From the NCBI GenBank assembly GCA_044220955.1, contig JBGAQA010000085.1:1-30683 (forward strand): a DNA stretch of 30,683 bases, given 5' to 3'. Below are positions 17,808-25,781 of this stretch, piece after piece. The notes beneath the pieces are model-generated. The model ran no database searches. It was not told where the DNA came from and worked only from the letters and a program-made list of their open reading frames with translations. Source of the DNA: Sandaracinaceae bacterium (lineage in GTDB: Bacteria > Myxococcota_A > Polyangia > Polyangiales > Sandaracinaceae). The position numbers were made by a program, and so were the translations under genes. The first letter of the stretch is position 1; each line of letters begins with the position of its first letter.

Positions 17808-17842
17808 GCGGCGTGGCACACCTTGCGCCGCGCGTGGCCCGA

Positions 17843-18109
17843 TCAGCTCAGCTTCTCGCGAGGGTCGAGCCGCGGTCCCGCGTGCCCGCGCGCCCCGTCC
17901 GGCAGCGTCATGGCCAGGTGCACGGGGCCCGACGCGGTCGCCCCGAGGAAGGGGAGGTTCACCTCGGTGCGCGCCGTGTGCTGCAGCTCGACCGCCGCCT
18001 TGCGCGCGGCCGACTCGAGACGAGCGCGGGCCGTCGCGTCGCGCTCCGGATCGACCCCGATCGCCTGCGCTGCGGCGAAGAGCGCGGAGAGGATCGTCGC
18101 CTCGTCCAC
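17843..18109 (-). CDS. Small protein resembling DnaK/Hsp70 nucleotide-binding subdomain IIB only (88 aa)
   Basis: GVDPERDATARARLESAARKAAVELQHTARTEVNLPFLGATASGPVHL aligns by eye to DnaK GIDL..D..A.QRLKEAAEKAKIELS....T.vNLPyITAD.tGPKH. GTG start lies 8 nt after the mglC stop. Confidence 0.65.
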   Translation of the reverse strand: MDEATILSALFAAAQAIGVDPERDATARARLESAARKAAVELQHTARTEVNLPFLGATASGPVHLAMTLPDGARGHAGPRLDPREKLS

Positions 18110-18117
18110 CGCGGGCC

Positions 18118-18483
18118 TCAGCCCCCGAGCTCGGTCGCGAGCTTCGGCGCGTGCGTGCGCAACAAGAAACGCGCCTTGCCGTAGTTCCCGTCGGGACGCA
18201 GGGCGACTGCCACGAAGTAGTCGTCGTTGATCATGCGGATGACGGTCGTCATCTTCTCGGCCTGGATCGAGACCTCGCGCGCGGTGCCCGCGTCGAGGAG
18301 CTCGGCGGCTCGCTTGATCTCCTTCAGGATGACCGAGTACTCCATGCCGACGTTCTCCACCTCGATGGGTGCGTCGCTCTCGGCGATGAAGGCGTCGATG
18401 GCGATGCCGTCGAAGCCCATCACGAGGCCGGCGAGGCCACCTTCGGTGCGCGAGACGACGTCCTTCAGGAGGTCTTGGAACAT
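18118..18483 (-). CDS. mglC: Roadblock/LC7 protein, MglC-like cell polarity factor
   Basis: VMGFDGI motif, EY..L..I..AAE.L..G, and C-terminal YF..AL.PDGNYGKARFLLR..APK, as in M. xanthus MglC. Position upstream of aroQ/accB/accC agrees with deltaproteobacterial synteny. Start at ATG 18483. Confidence 0.85.
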   Translation of the reverse strand: MFQDLLKDVVSRTEGGLAGLVMGFDGIAIDAFIAESDAPIEVENVGMEYSVILKEIKRAAELLDAGTAREVSIQAEKMTTVIRMINDDYFVAVALRPDGNYGKARFLLRTHAPKLATELGG

Positions 18484-18570
18484 GGTCTCGCGATCAAGCA
18501 CACGAGGGGGCGGTCGCGTCAAGTTCGCGCCCGTCCGTCGGCGTCCCCCGGGTCCGCTCGCCGCTCCGGC

Positions 18571-19680
18571 TCACTGATCCTTGAGCAGGCGCTTCCAGTC
18601 GGTCGGCAGGTCGAGGAAGCCCTCGCCGTGCAGGTAGTCGTAGAGCGCGTCGTTGATGACCGCGCAGATCTCGGCGTGGATGTGCGGGTCGGCGACGAAG
18701 TCGCGCGTCGCGTCGCGGAAGCTGCCCGCCTCGGCCGCGGCGCGCTTGGCGATGGGATCCTGCACGTTGAGCACCAGGTGCTCGAGGAACTTCCGGTCGA
18801 AGACCTCGCGGAATGCGTGGAAGCGCTCGGCGGTGATCTTGTATCCGAGGTCGGTCCCGTGGGCGACGCGCGACTGCTTGATCACCTCCCACGCGAAGTC
18901 GCCGAGCTCGGCGGGGAACGTGGTCGCGAAGAACCTCGTCAGCGTCTCCTTGTAGATCGCCAGCAGACGCTCGAGCTCGGGCGTCGTCTTGCTCAGGAAG
19001 TCCGTCGTGAGGTGCTTGAGGTACTGATCGAGCGCCTCGTGCGCGCGCTCTCGCACGGCGGGGTCGCTCACCGGGAGCCCGTCGATCTCGGCCTCGATGG
19101 CCGCCTCCTGCCGCTTGAGCGCGAAGTAGAGCACCTGCTCGGGCCAGCTCGCCGCGGGGACGTCGCGCGAGCCTTCGGCCAGGCGCGCGTAGAGCTCGCT
19201 GTTGAAGAAGAGCTGCGTGATGCGTCGCTGCACCTCCTCGATCTTCTTCGTCAGCAGCTTCTTGCGCGTGCCCGTGAAGAGCTTCTCGAGGCACGTCCGC
19301 AGCTCCTGGATGAGCTCGATCTCGACGTCGGCGGCGGGCCGTGCGGGCGGCTTGGACTCGCCCGCGACACGCCCGAGCGCCCGGAGCTCCTCGACCACCT
19401 GCGCGGTGATCGCGTCGAGCTCGGCGTTGGTCTCCATGTCGTGGTTGTAGTAGCGGACGCGCGCCTGCAGCTGCTCGTCGCGCAGTCGTGCGGCGCTCGA
19501 CGCTGCGTCGATGAGCGCCTGCGTGCTCGTGATGCGGCCGGGCGGCGCGCTCGGGGCGGGCGGGCGCGGCGCAGGGGCAGCAGGTGCTGCGGCGCGCTTC
19601 GGCGGTGGCGGCGGCGGCATCCGCGGGATCGAGCGGGCGCCCGGGGCGGGCGGCGGCGGCGGGACGGGCTTCCGGTCCAT
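18571..19680 (-). CDS. Hypothetical protein: Pro-rich N-terminus plus all-alpha cytoplasmic domain (369 aa)
   Basis: Clean GC3-biased ORF with protein-like composition. No recognisable motif. Confidence 0.8.
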   Translation of the reverse strand: MDRKPVPPPPPAPGARSIPRMPPPPPPKRAAAPAAPAPRPPAPSAPPGRITSTQALIDAASSAARLRDEQLQARVRYYNHDMETNAELDAITAQVVEELRALGRVAGESKPPARPAADVEIELIQELRTCLEKLFTGTRKKLLTKKIEEVQRRITQLFFNSELYARLAEGSRDVPAASWPEQVLYFALKRQEAAIEAEIDGLPVSDPAVRERAHEALDQYLKHLTTDFLSKTTPELERLLAIYKETLTRFFATTFPAELGDFAWEVIKQSRVAHGTDLGYKITAERFHAFREVFDRKFLEHLVLNVQDPIAKRAAAEAGSFRDATRDFVADPHIHAEICAVINDALYDYLHGEGFLDLPTDWKRLLKDQ

Positions 19681-19708
19681 GGGGACACCGATGTTGCCCG
19701 CTCCGCGC

Positions 19709-21229
19709 TCAGAGATCGAGCGCGAGCGCGAGGCCGTTCACCTCGAGCGCCGTCGCGCCGGCCGGCGGCAGCGGGAAGACGGCGAGCTGCTCGTCGGTGT
19801 GGGACTGGGTGACGGCGGGCGCGCGCACGAGCGCGATCGTCCTGCCGCGCGCGTCGAGCCAGCGCCCGAGGGTGAAGCGGGTCGCGTGCGGCGAGCGCAG
19901 CGTGGCGACGCCGGCGACGCGCGCGCCGGCCTCGCCTCCGACGCGTACGAGAAGTGAAGGAGAGCGAGGCGACGAGGCGAGCGCGGCCACCGCGACGGTG
20001 CGCTCGAAGATCGCGCTCCACGTGTAGTCGCTCGTCCACGTCGGGTCGCAGTAGCCCATGAAGTCCGTGAGCGTCGCCGGGTCCTGGAACGCGCCGGTGC
20101 GCGGATCGAGGCCCCACACGCCGATGCCGCCTCCGCCGTAGGGGAAGTCGGGGTCGGCGCCGCCGGCGTCGCAGGGCGCGTGCGTGCGGCCGTGCTCGTG
20201 GCCGAGCTCGTGCGCGAGCGTCCAGGCGGTGTCCTGCCCCGGGAAGCCGACGCCGCTGCCGACGCGATAGTCGGCGTCCTCGGGCGCGTCGGTCACGAAG
20301 CTCTGACCGGTCACGCAGCCTCCGCCGCAGTACGCGTCGTAGGTGTCGTCGGCGTTCACGAGCGCGTAGTAGTAGGCGCTGGAGGCTGCGCCCTCGGACG
20401 CCCGCAGCGTCATCAGCATGGCGTTCACGGCGCCGAAGTCCACGTTGCCCGTGAACGTGAGCGCGTCGTCCCAGGGCACGGGGTCGTGGACCTCGATCGC
20501 GAGGTGCGCCAGCGGGTAGACCGCGAGCAGGAGGTCGCGGAACGTCTGGAGCTGCGCCGCCGACGTGTCGGGCAGGCGGCCGCTTCCGTCGTGGTCCCAG
20601 CGCAGCGGAACGAGCACGAGCTGCAGTCCCGCGCCGTCGCTGCGGGCCTCGAGCGCGGCGAGCGAGCCGTCGCGCGGCAGCCGCGCCACGTGGGGCGCTC
20701 CGGACGGGGCAGGCGCGCCCCCGGGATCGACGATGCGGACGGCGAAGCGTGCCGTCTGCGTCACGGCCTCCGCCGGCACGTCGAACGCGAGCACGGACCC
20801 CGGCGTCGCGTCGTCCGAGACGCCGCCGGGCGTGAAGGACGCGCGGACGAGCGCGCTCAAGCGCTCGCCCTCGCGCACCTCGAGCTCCCCCGTCAGGGGC
20901 TGTCCGACACGCGTGCCCGGGTCGACGTACGCACGAAGAACGGCCGCCCGGCTCGCGACGATGGGCGCGTTGCGGGCGGCAGGCACGCCCCCTGCGAAGA
21001 GCGCGACTCGCGTGCCCTGGAAGAGCGCGAGCCCCTCGAGCGTCACGCCGGCGGCGAGGCGCGTCTCGGCCGGGACGCGGGCGTCTTCCCTGAGCGAGGC
21101 TGCGTCGTCACCCGGCGCTGCGCCGTCTGCGCTCGCGCCGGTGTCGGGCGGCGCGCTCCGCGGCGTGGAGCACGCCGGAACGAGCGAGGCGGAGACGACG
21201 ACCAGGACGCACACGACGCGGCGCTGCAT
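19709..21229 (-). CDS. Lipoprotein zinc metalloprotease (M66/metzincin-like)
   Basis: Start at ATG 21229, MQRRVVCVLVVVSASLVPAC lipobox. HELGHEHGRTHAPC matches HExxHxxGxxH, with Met-turn DFMGYC...WTSDY. Confidence 0.85.
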   Translation of the reverse strand: MQRRVVCVLVVVSASLVPACSTPRSAPPDTGASADGAAPGDDAASLREDARVPAETRLAAGVTLEGLALFQGTRVALFAGGVPAARNAPIVASRAAVLRAYVDPGTRVGQPLTGELEVREGERLSALVRASFTPGGVSDDATPGSVLAFDVPAEAVTQTARFAVRIVDPGGAPAPSGAPHVARLPRDGSLAALEARSDGAGLQLVLVPLRWDHDGSGRLPDTSAAQLQTFRDLLLAVYPLAHLAIEVHDPVPWDDALTFTGNVDFGAVNAMLMTLRASEGAASSAYYYALVNADDTYDAYCGGGCVTGQSFVTDAPEDADYRVGSGVGFPGQDTAWTLAHELGHEHGRTHAPCDAGGADPDFPYGGGGIGVWGLDPRTGAFQDPATLTDFMGYCDPTWTSDYTWSAIFERTVAVAALASSPRSPSLLVRVGGEAGARVAGVATLRSPHATRFTLGRWLDARGRTIALVRAPAVTQSHTDEQLAVFPLPPAGATALEVNGLALALDL

Positions 21230-21237
21230 GGCGGTCG

Positions 21238-21247
21238 AGGGTATCTT
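21238..21247. promoter_or_regulatory. Symmetric bidirectional -10 element (TACCCT on minus, TATCTT on plus)
   Basis: AGGGTATCTT contains two TANNNT hexamers sharing the TA at 21242-21243. Each lies 8 nt from an ATG (21229 minus, 21256 plus). Confidence 0.55.
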
Positions 21248-21255
21248 GCCCGGTG

Positions 21256-21501
21256 ATGTTCTCGACCACGATTCGCTGGAACGACGGCGTCGACGGCGGG
21301 CGCTACGACGCCGTCGAGGTGACCGGCGAGGGCCTCGTCTGGTACGCGTGGTCGCACGTGCACGGCCGCGGCCGCCACGACGAACAACCCCAGAGCTTCG
21401 AGGCGTTCCTCCGCGAGGGGCCGCTCCGCGCGATGCCCCCGCACGCCGCGAAGGAGCTCGAGGGGCTCGTGCGCGCGCGAGTGGATCGTCGTGGCGACTG
21501 A
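21256..21501 (+). CDS. Small hypothetical protein (81 aa)
   Basis: Protein-like, aromatic-rich ORF with GC3 bias that overlaps the next gene start. Start is ATG 21256 or GTG 21253. Confidence 0.65.
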   Translation: MFSTTIRWNDGVDGGRYDAVEVTGEGLVWYAWSHVHGRGRHDEQPQSFEAFLREGPLRAMPPHAAKELEGLVRARVDRRGD

Positions 21502-22771
21502 GACGCGGCGCGTCTGGCTCCCGTCGGGGGAGCGCGTGCTCGTCCGGATCGATCGCGACGCCTCGATGCCGAGGGCGAAGACGAAGCAGCGAGGTCTGTT
21601 CGCGGACGTGCTCGCGCTGCTCGCCTCGCCGCGCCTGATCGTCGAGCACACCAAGCCTGCCGAGCGGATCCCGATCGAGCGCTACTCGCTGCGCGACTTC
21701 CACGTGCTGCGTGACCTCGCGGTGCGCGCGCGCCTGCTCCCGTCCGAGCCCGAGGTCGTGGCGTGCGACAACTGCGACGAGGAGCTCTCGTTCGATCCCG
21801 CGTCGCTCCCTCTCGAGGATCTCGACGATCGCTACGAGGGCGAGGAGCCCGCCGCAGAGACGCGGGTCGATCTCGCGCAGACGCTGCGCGTCGGCTCGCT
21901 CGATGCGACCCACGCGCGGATGCGCCCCATCACGGTGGCCGACGTGCGACCGCTCTGGCGTGCGCTCGGCGCGGACCGCGCGTTCCGGGTCTCGCCGAAG
22001 CTGCTCGGCGCGATGGGCCTGGTGTCGCTCGAGGCGGCGGACGGGACGCGTGTCACCGATCTGCGCGCCATCGCGAACGCGCTCGGGGATGCGCCGGACG
22101 CGACCTGGTCTCGCGTCGAGGAGGCGTTCCTGGCCCTCGCGTATCCGCCGCGTGCGATCGCGTCGATCACGTGCCCCCGCTGCGAGACCGTCCACGATCT
22201 CGAGGTCCCCTGGCCCCGCGAGCTCGAGCCGGGGCAGTACCACCCGCGCCGTGACGAGGCCGCGCCGTTCCCGTCGGCGGCCGAGTTCGAGGTGAGCGCC
22301 CGTCGCGTGGCCGACGCGACGTTCAGGAGGCTCGACGCGGGGGCGCTCGTCCTGCGTGTCGAGATGGGGGTGCCGGAGGTCGACTCGGGCGGTGTCCCGA
22401 TGCTCGGCTCGTACGCGCCCGAGCCGCGCGACGACGGAGGGACCGACTTCGTCGTGCGCATCTACTACCGGACCTTCGAGCGGGCGTTTCGTGACGACGC
22501 GAGCTTCGACTGGGAGCGCGAGCTCGACGAGACCCTCGAGCACGAAGCGCAGCACCACATCTACTACCTTTCAGGACACGACCCCATGGACGAGCTGGAG
22601 CGCGCGCAGAGCGAGCGCGAGCTCGTCCGGCGCGTCGGCGGAGAGAAGCGCTACCGAAAGCTCCAGCAGCGCGCGGTCTTGGCGGACGTGTGGGAGATCG
22701 TGCGTGTTCTCGTACCCGCGCTCGCGCTCGTCGCCCTCGCGGTACTCGTACTGTCCCGGTGCGCACCATGA
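21491..22771 (+). CDS. Double CxxC (baseplate-hub chaperone-like) domain + minimal zincin metallopeptidase + C-terminal TM anchor
   Basis: CDNC (21764-21775) and CPRC (22172-22183). Zincin_1-like LGSY...IYYRTF...ETLEHEAQHH (HExxH at 22541-22555). Hydrophobic C-terminal helix. Confidence 0.75.
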   Translation: MATETRRVWLPSGERVLVRIDRDASMPRAKTKQRGLFADVLALLASPRLIVEHTKPAERIPIERYSLRDFHVLRDLAVRARLLPSEPEVVACDNCDEELSFDPASLPLEDLDDRYEGEEPAAETRVDLAQTLRVGSLDATHARMRPITVADVRPLWRALGADRAFRVSPKLLGAMGLVSLEAADGTRVTDLRAIANALGDAPDATWSRVEEAFLALAYPPRAIASITCPRCETVHDLEVPWPRELEPGQYHPRRDEAAPFPSAAEFEVSARRVADATFRRLDAGALVLRVEMGVPEVDSGGVPMLGSYAPEPRDDGGTDFVVRIYYRTFERAFRDDASFDWERELDETLEHEAQHHIYYLSGHDPMDELERAQSERELVRRVGGEKRYRKLQQRAVLADVWEIVRVLVPALALVALAVLVLSRCAP

Positions 22772-22832
22772 CCAGGCGACGCCAAAAGAACGTCTTTACC
22801 CGATCGATGGGAGCCCGTAGCCTGCCTCGTGC

Positions 22833-24101
22833 ATGTCCGCCCTCCTGCATCACGCGAGGGTTCTGTCGGACCTCGGCGTCCGCTCGGCGCTGGTCCGACC
22901 CGGCGACGACGTCGGCGACGTCGCCGCGGCGATCGATGCGGACCCCGGCGCCGTCGAGCGCGTCGTGTCGGCCGCGCTCGTGTACGACCGGGCGTCGGAC
23001 GCCGATCGCGGCCTCTGCGCGTGGAGGGAAGGCGATGACGTCGTCCTCTGCTCGACCGCGTCGCTGCGCAGCGACGCGCTCGCGTGGGCGGGCGTCGCGC
23101 ACGAGCTGCGCAACGCGCTCACCACCATCTCCGGGTGGGCGCAGCTCGCGGGCGAGACGTCGGATCCGGAGCGCTCGCGGCACGCCCTCGAGATGGTGCA
23201 GGCGAGCGCGCGGGACGCGATGGACGTCGCCCCCATGCTCCTCGAGCAGCCGATCGAGGGCGAGTGCACCGACGTCGGGCGCGTGGCGCGTCAGGTCGTC
23301 GAGCGCTTCGGCCCGATCGCCGGCGCGCGCGGCGTGACCGTCGTCTGCCGTCGCATCGACGAGGGCGAGGTGCGGACCTCGCGCGCGGCGCTCGCATCGA
23401 TCGTCGCGAATCTGGTGAAGAACGCCGTCGAGGCCTGCGAGCCCCGGGGGCGCGTCGAGGTCGCCGCACGTGCGACCGCGCGCGGGATCGAGATCGTGGT
23501 CGAGGACGACGGCCGGGGCATGAGCGACGAGGCCGTCGCGGCGCGCTTCGGGCCCGATACGGCGACGGCCGGGCGCAGCGGCCGCGGCATCGGCCTCTCC
23601 GTCGTGCGCGCGCTCGTCAGCCGCGCTGGCGGGACCGCGCGCGTGAGCAGCCGCGTCGGGGCGGGCTCGTGCGTGCGGATCGAGCTCCCTCGCGCGCAGC
23701 GGGCGAGCGCCACCTCGGGCGTACGCACACGATCGGGCGGACGGCGAGTGCTCGTCGTGGACGATCACCAGGCGCTCGCCGACCTCGTCGCGACCACGTT
23801 GACCGCGCGCGGCGCGTCGGTGGTCGTGGCGCGCGAGCCGGACGAGGCGATCGAGGCTGCGGCGGCCGAGCGCTTCGACGTCGCCCTGGTCGATCTCGAC
23901 CTCGGCGGCTCCTCCGGCGAGGCGCTCGTCAAGCATCTGGTCGCGACGCGGCTGGCCCGTCGCGTCATCGTGATGAGCGGCGCCAGCAGCCTGCCCGACC
24001 TCGGGGCCGACGCCGTGCTCCGCAAGCCGTTCGACCTCGCCGACATGGAAGAGCTGGCGCTCGAGCCGACGCGAGTCGGCAAGAAGCGCCGCGCGCGCTA
24101 G
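22833..24101 (+). CDS. Hybrid histidine kinase/response regulator
   Basis: H-box VAHELRNALTTI, N-box NLVKNAVEA, DDGRGM, GRGIGL, and REC (VVDD, LVDLDL, LRKPF). Confidence 0.88.
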   Translation: MSALLHHARVLSDLGVRSALVRPGDDVGDVAAAIDADPGAVERVVSAALVYDRASDADRGLCAWREGDDVVLCSTASLRSDALAWAGVAHELRNALTTISGWAQLAGETSDPERSRHALEMVQASARDAMDVAPMLLEQPIEGECTDVGRVARQVVERFGPIAGARGVTVVCRRIDEGEVRTSRAALASIVANLVKNAVEACEPRGRVEVAARATARGIEIVVEDDGRGMSDEAVAARFGPDTATAGRSGRGIGLSVVRALVSRAGGTARVSSRVGAGSCVRIELPRAQRASATSGVRTRSGGRRVLVVDDHQALADLVATTLTARGASVVVAREPDEAIEAAAAERFDVALVDLDLGGSSGEALVKHLVATRLARRVIVMSGASSLPDLGADAVLRKPFDLADMEELALEPTRVGKKRRAR

Positions 24102-24114
24102 ACCCGGGCCCTCG

Positions 24115-25773
24115 ATGGGCTCGCTGCGCGACATCGCGTTCCCGACGCTTCGACCGGCGTCCGTCGCCTACGAGGACGCGGACGTCGTGGTCGTCGACAA
24201 GCCGCCCTTCGTCCCGACGCAGGCCACGCGCGACGGCGCGCACGACGACCTGCCGGCGCGCCTCGGCGCGTTCCTGCGCGCGCGCGACGGACGAGACGCG
24301 TACGTCGGCACGCACCAGCGCCTCGATGCGGGCACGTCCGGGCTGATCGCGTACGCCAAGCGGCGCGAGGCCAACGCATGGCTCGCCGCGGCGTTCGAGG
24401 CGCGCGGCGTGGAGAAGACGTACGTCGCGGCCGTGTCGGGGGGGGCGCTGCCGGCGGAGGCACGCTGGGAGGACGGGCTGCTCGGCGCCGAGACGGGTGC
24501 GGTCCGCGTGGTGCCGCCGGAAACGCGTGGGGCGCTGCGCGCCGTCACCCGGATGCGCGTGCTCGAGCGTCGACGAGAGCGCGCGCTCGTGGAGCTCCGC
24601 ATCGAGACGGGGCGGACGCACCAGATCCGGGCGCAGCTCCGGCACCGCGGGGCACCCATCGCCGGCGATCCCTGGTACGGAGGAGCGCCGTGGCGGCGTC
24701 TGGCACTGCAGTCGATCGCGCTGCACATCCCCGCCGGGCGCGACGCGCGAGGCGGCATCGACGTCCGCATCGAGCCCTGCGCGGGCGTCGCCGGCTTCGT
24801 CCGGGGCGGAACCGAGGCACTCGCAGCGCTGCTCGCCGATGCCGCGGAGCGGCGGTACGCGCTCGCGCACGCTCACGACACGACGTGCTTCCGGTGGGTG
24901 AACGACGTCGGCGACGGGGTGCCCGCGCGGGCCGTCGACGTCTTCGGCGAGCACGCCGTCGTGCACGCGTACGACGAGCGCTCGGTCGAGGATCTCTCTC
25001 TGGAGCTCCTCGCGCGGGGGGTCGCCGGCGTGTACCTGAAGCGGCGGCCGAAGCGGGCGAGCGCCCTCGACGAGGAGGCGACGCGCGCGCTCGCGCCCGA
25101 GGCTCCCATCGCGGGCCGCGCGGCCGAGACCGAGCTCGAGGTCCGCGAGAACGGCCTGCCCTTCCTGGTGCGGCTCGGCGAGGGGCTCTCGACGGGCCTC
25201 TTCCTCGACCAGCGCGCGAACCGCGCGCGCGTTCGGGCCGAAGCGGGTGGCGCGCGGGTGCTGAACCTCTTCGCCTACACGTGCGCGTTCAGCATCGCCG
25301 CGGCGGCCGGCGGGGCGGTGGAGGTCGTCAGCGTCGATGCGGCGCGAAAGCAGCTCGAGCGAGGAGCGCGGGGCTTCGCGCACGCCGGGCTCGAGCGTGC
25401 GCGGCACGAGACGATCGCCGACGACGCGTTCGCTGTGCTCGACCGCCTCGCGCGCCGCGGCCGCCGCTTCGACCTCGTCGTGTGCGATCCGCCGACGTAC
25501 TCGTCCGTCAAGCGCGGCACGCGCTTCACCTCGGGCAGGATGTGGGCGACGCTGGCGTCGGGCGTGCTCCGCGTCCTCGCGCCGGGCGGTCGCGTCCTGG
25601 CGACGAGCAACGACCGTCGGCTCTCGCAGCGCGACCTGCGGGCCGCGTTCCGCACGGCAGAGCAGGGCACCGGCGTGCGGCTCGCGCAGCTGAAGGACCT
25701 GGCGCCGCCGGCCGACTTCCCGGTGCTGCCCGGCCAGGAGCCGCACCTCTCGGGCGTGCTCGCGCGCCGCTGA
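24115..25773 (+). CDS. Fused RluA-family pseudouridine synthase / RlmI-RlmK-like SAM-dependent rRNA methyltransferase
   Basis: N-half: VVDKP, HQRLDAGTSG, KTYVA, TGRTHQIR, PIAGDPWYG. C-half: TGLFLDQRANR, VLNLFAYT, FDLVVCDPPTY. Confidence 0.88.
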   Translation: MGSLRDIAFPTLRPASVAYEDADVVVVDKPPFVPTQATRDGAHDDLPARLGAFLRARDGRDAYVGTHQRLDAGTSGLIAYAKRREANAWLAAAFEARGVEKTYVAAVSGGALPAEARWEDGLLGAETGAVRVVPPETRGALRAVTRMRVLERRRERALVELRIETGRTHQIRAQLRHRGAPIAGDPWYGGAPWRRLALQSIALHIPAGRDARGGIDVRIEPCAGVAGFVRGGTEALAALLADAAERRYALAHAHDTTCFRWVNDVGDGVPARAVDVFGEHAVVHAYDERSVEDLSLELLARGVAGVYLKRRPKRASALDEEATRALAPEAPIAGRAAETELEVRENGLPFLVRLGEGLSTGLFLDQRANRARVRAEAGGARVLNLFAYTCAFSIAAAAGGAVEVVSVDAARKQLERGARGFAHAGLERARHETIADDAFAVLDRLARRGRRFDLVVCDPPTYSSVKRGTRFTSGRMWATLASGVLRVLAPGGRVLATSNDRRLSQRDLRAAFRTAEQGTGVRLAQLKDLAPPADFPVLPGQEPHLSGVLARR

Positions 25774-25781
25774 GATCGGCC

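Noticed and set aside
17814..17826. Plus-strand TGGCAC-ACC-TTGC sigma-54-like motif
   Set aside because: The GG-to-GC spacing is 8 rather than 10, and no plus-strand gene follows.
19709..22558. 949-aa ORF treated as a single protein
   Set aside because: Only the part from ATG 21229 (signal peptide plus metzincin) is credible. The upstream part is antisense to the 21256 and 21491 genes.
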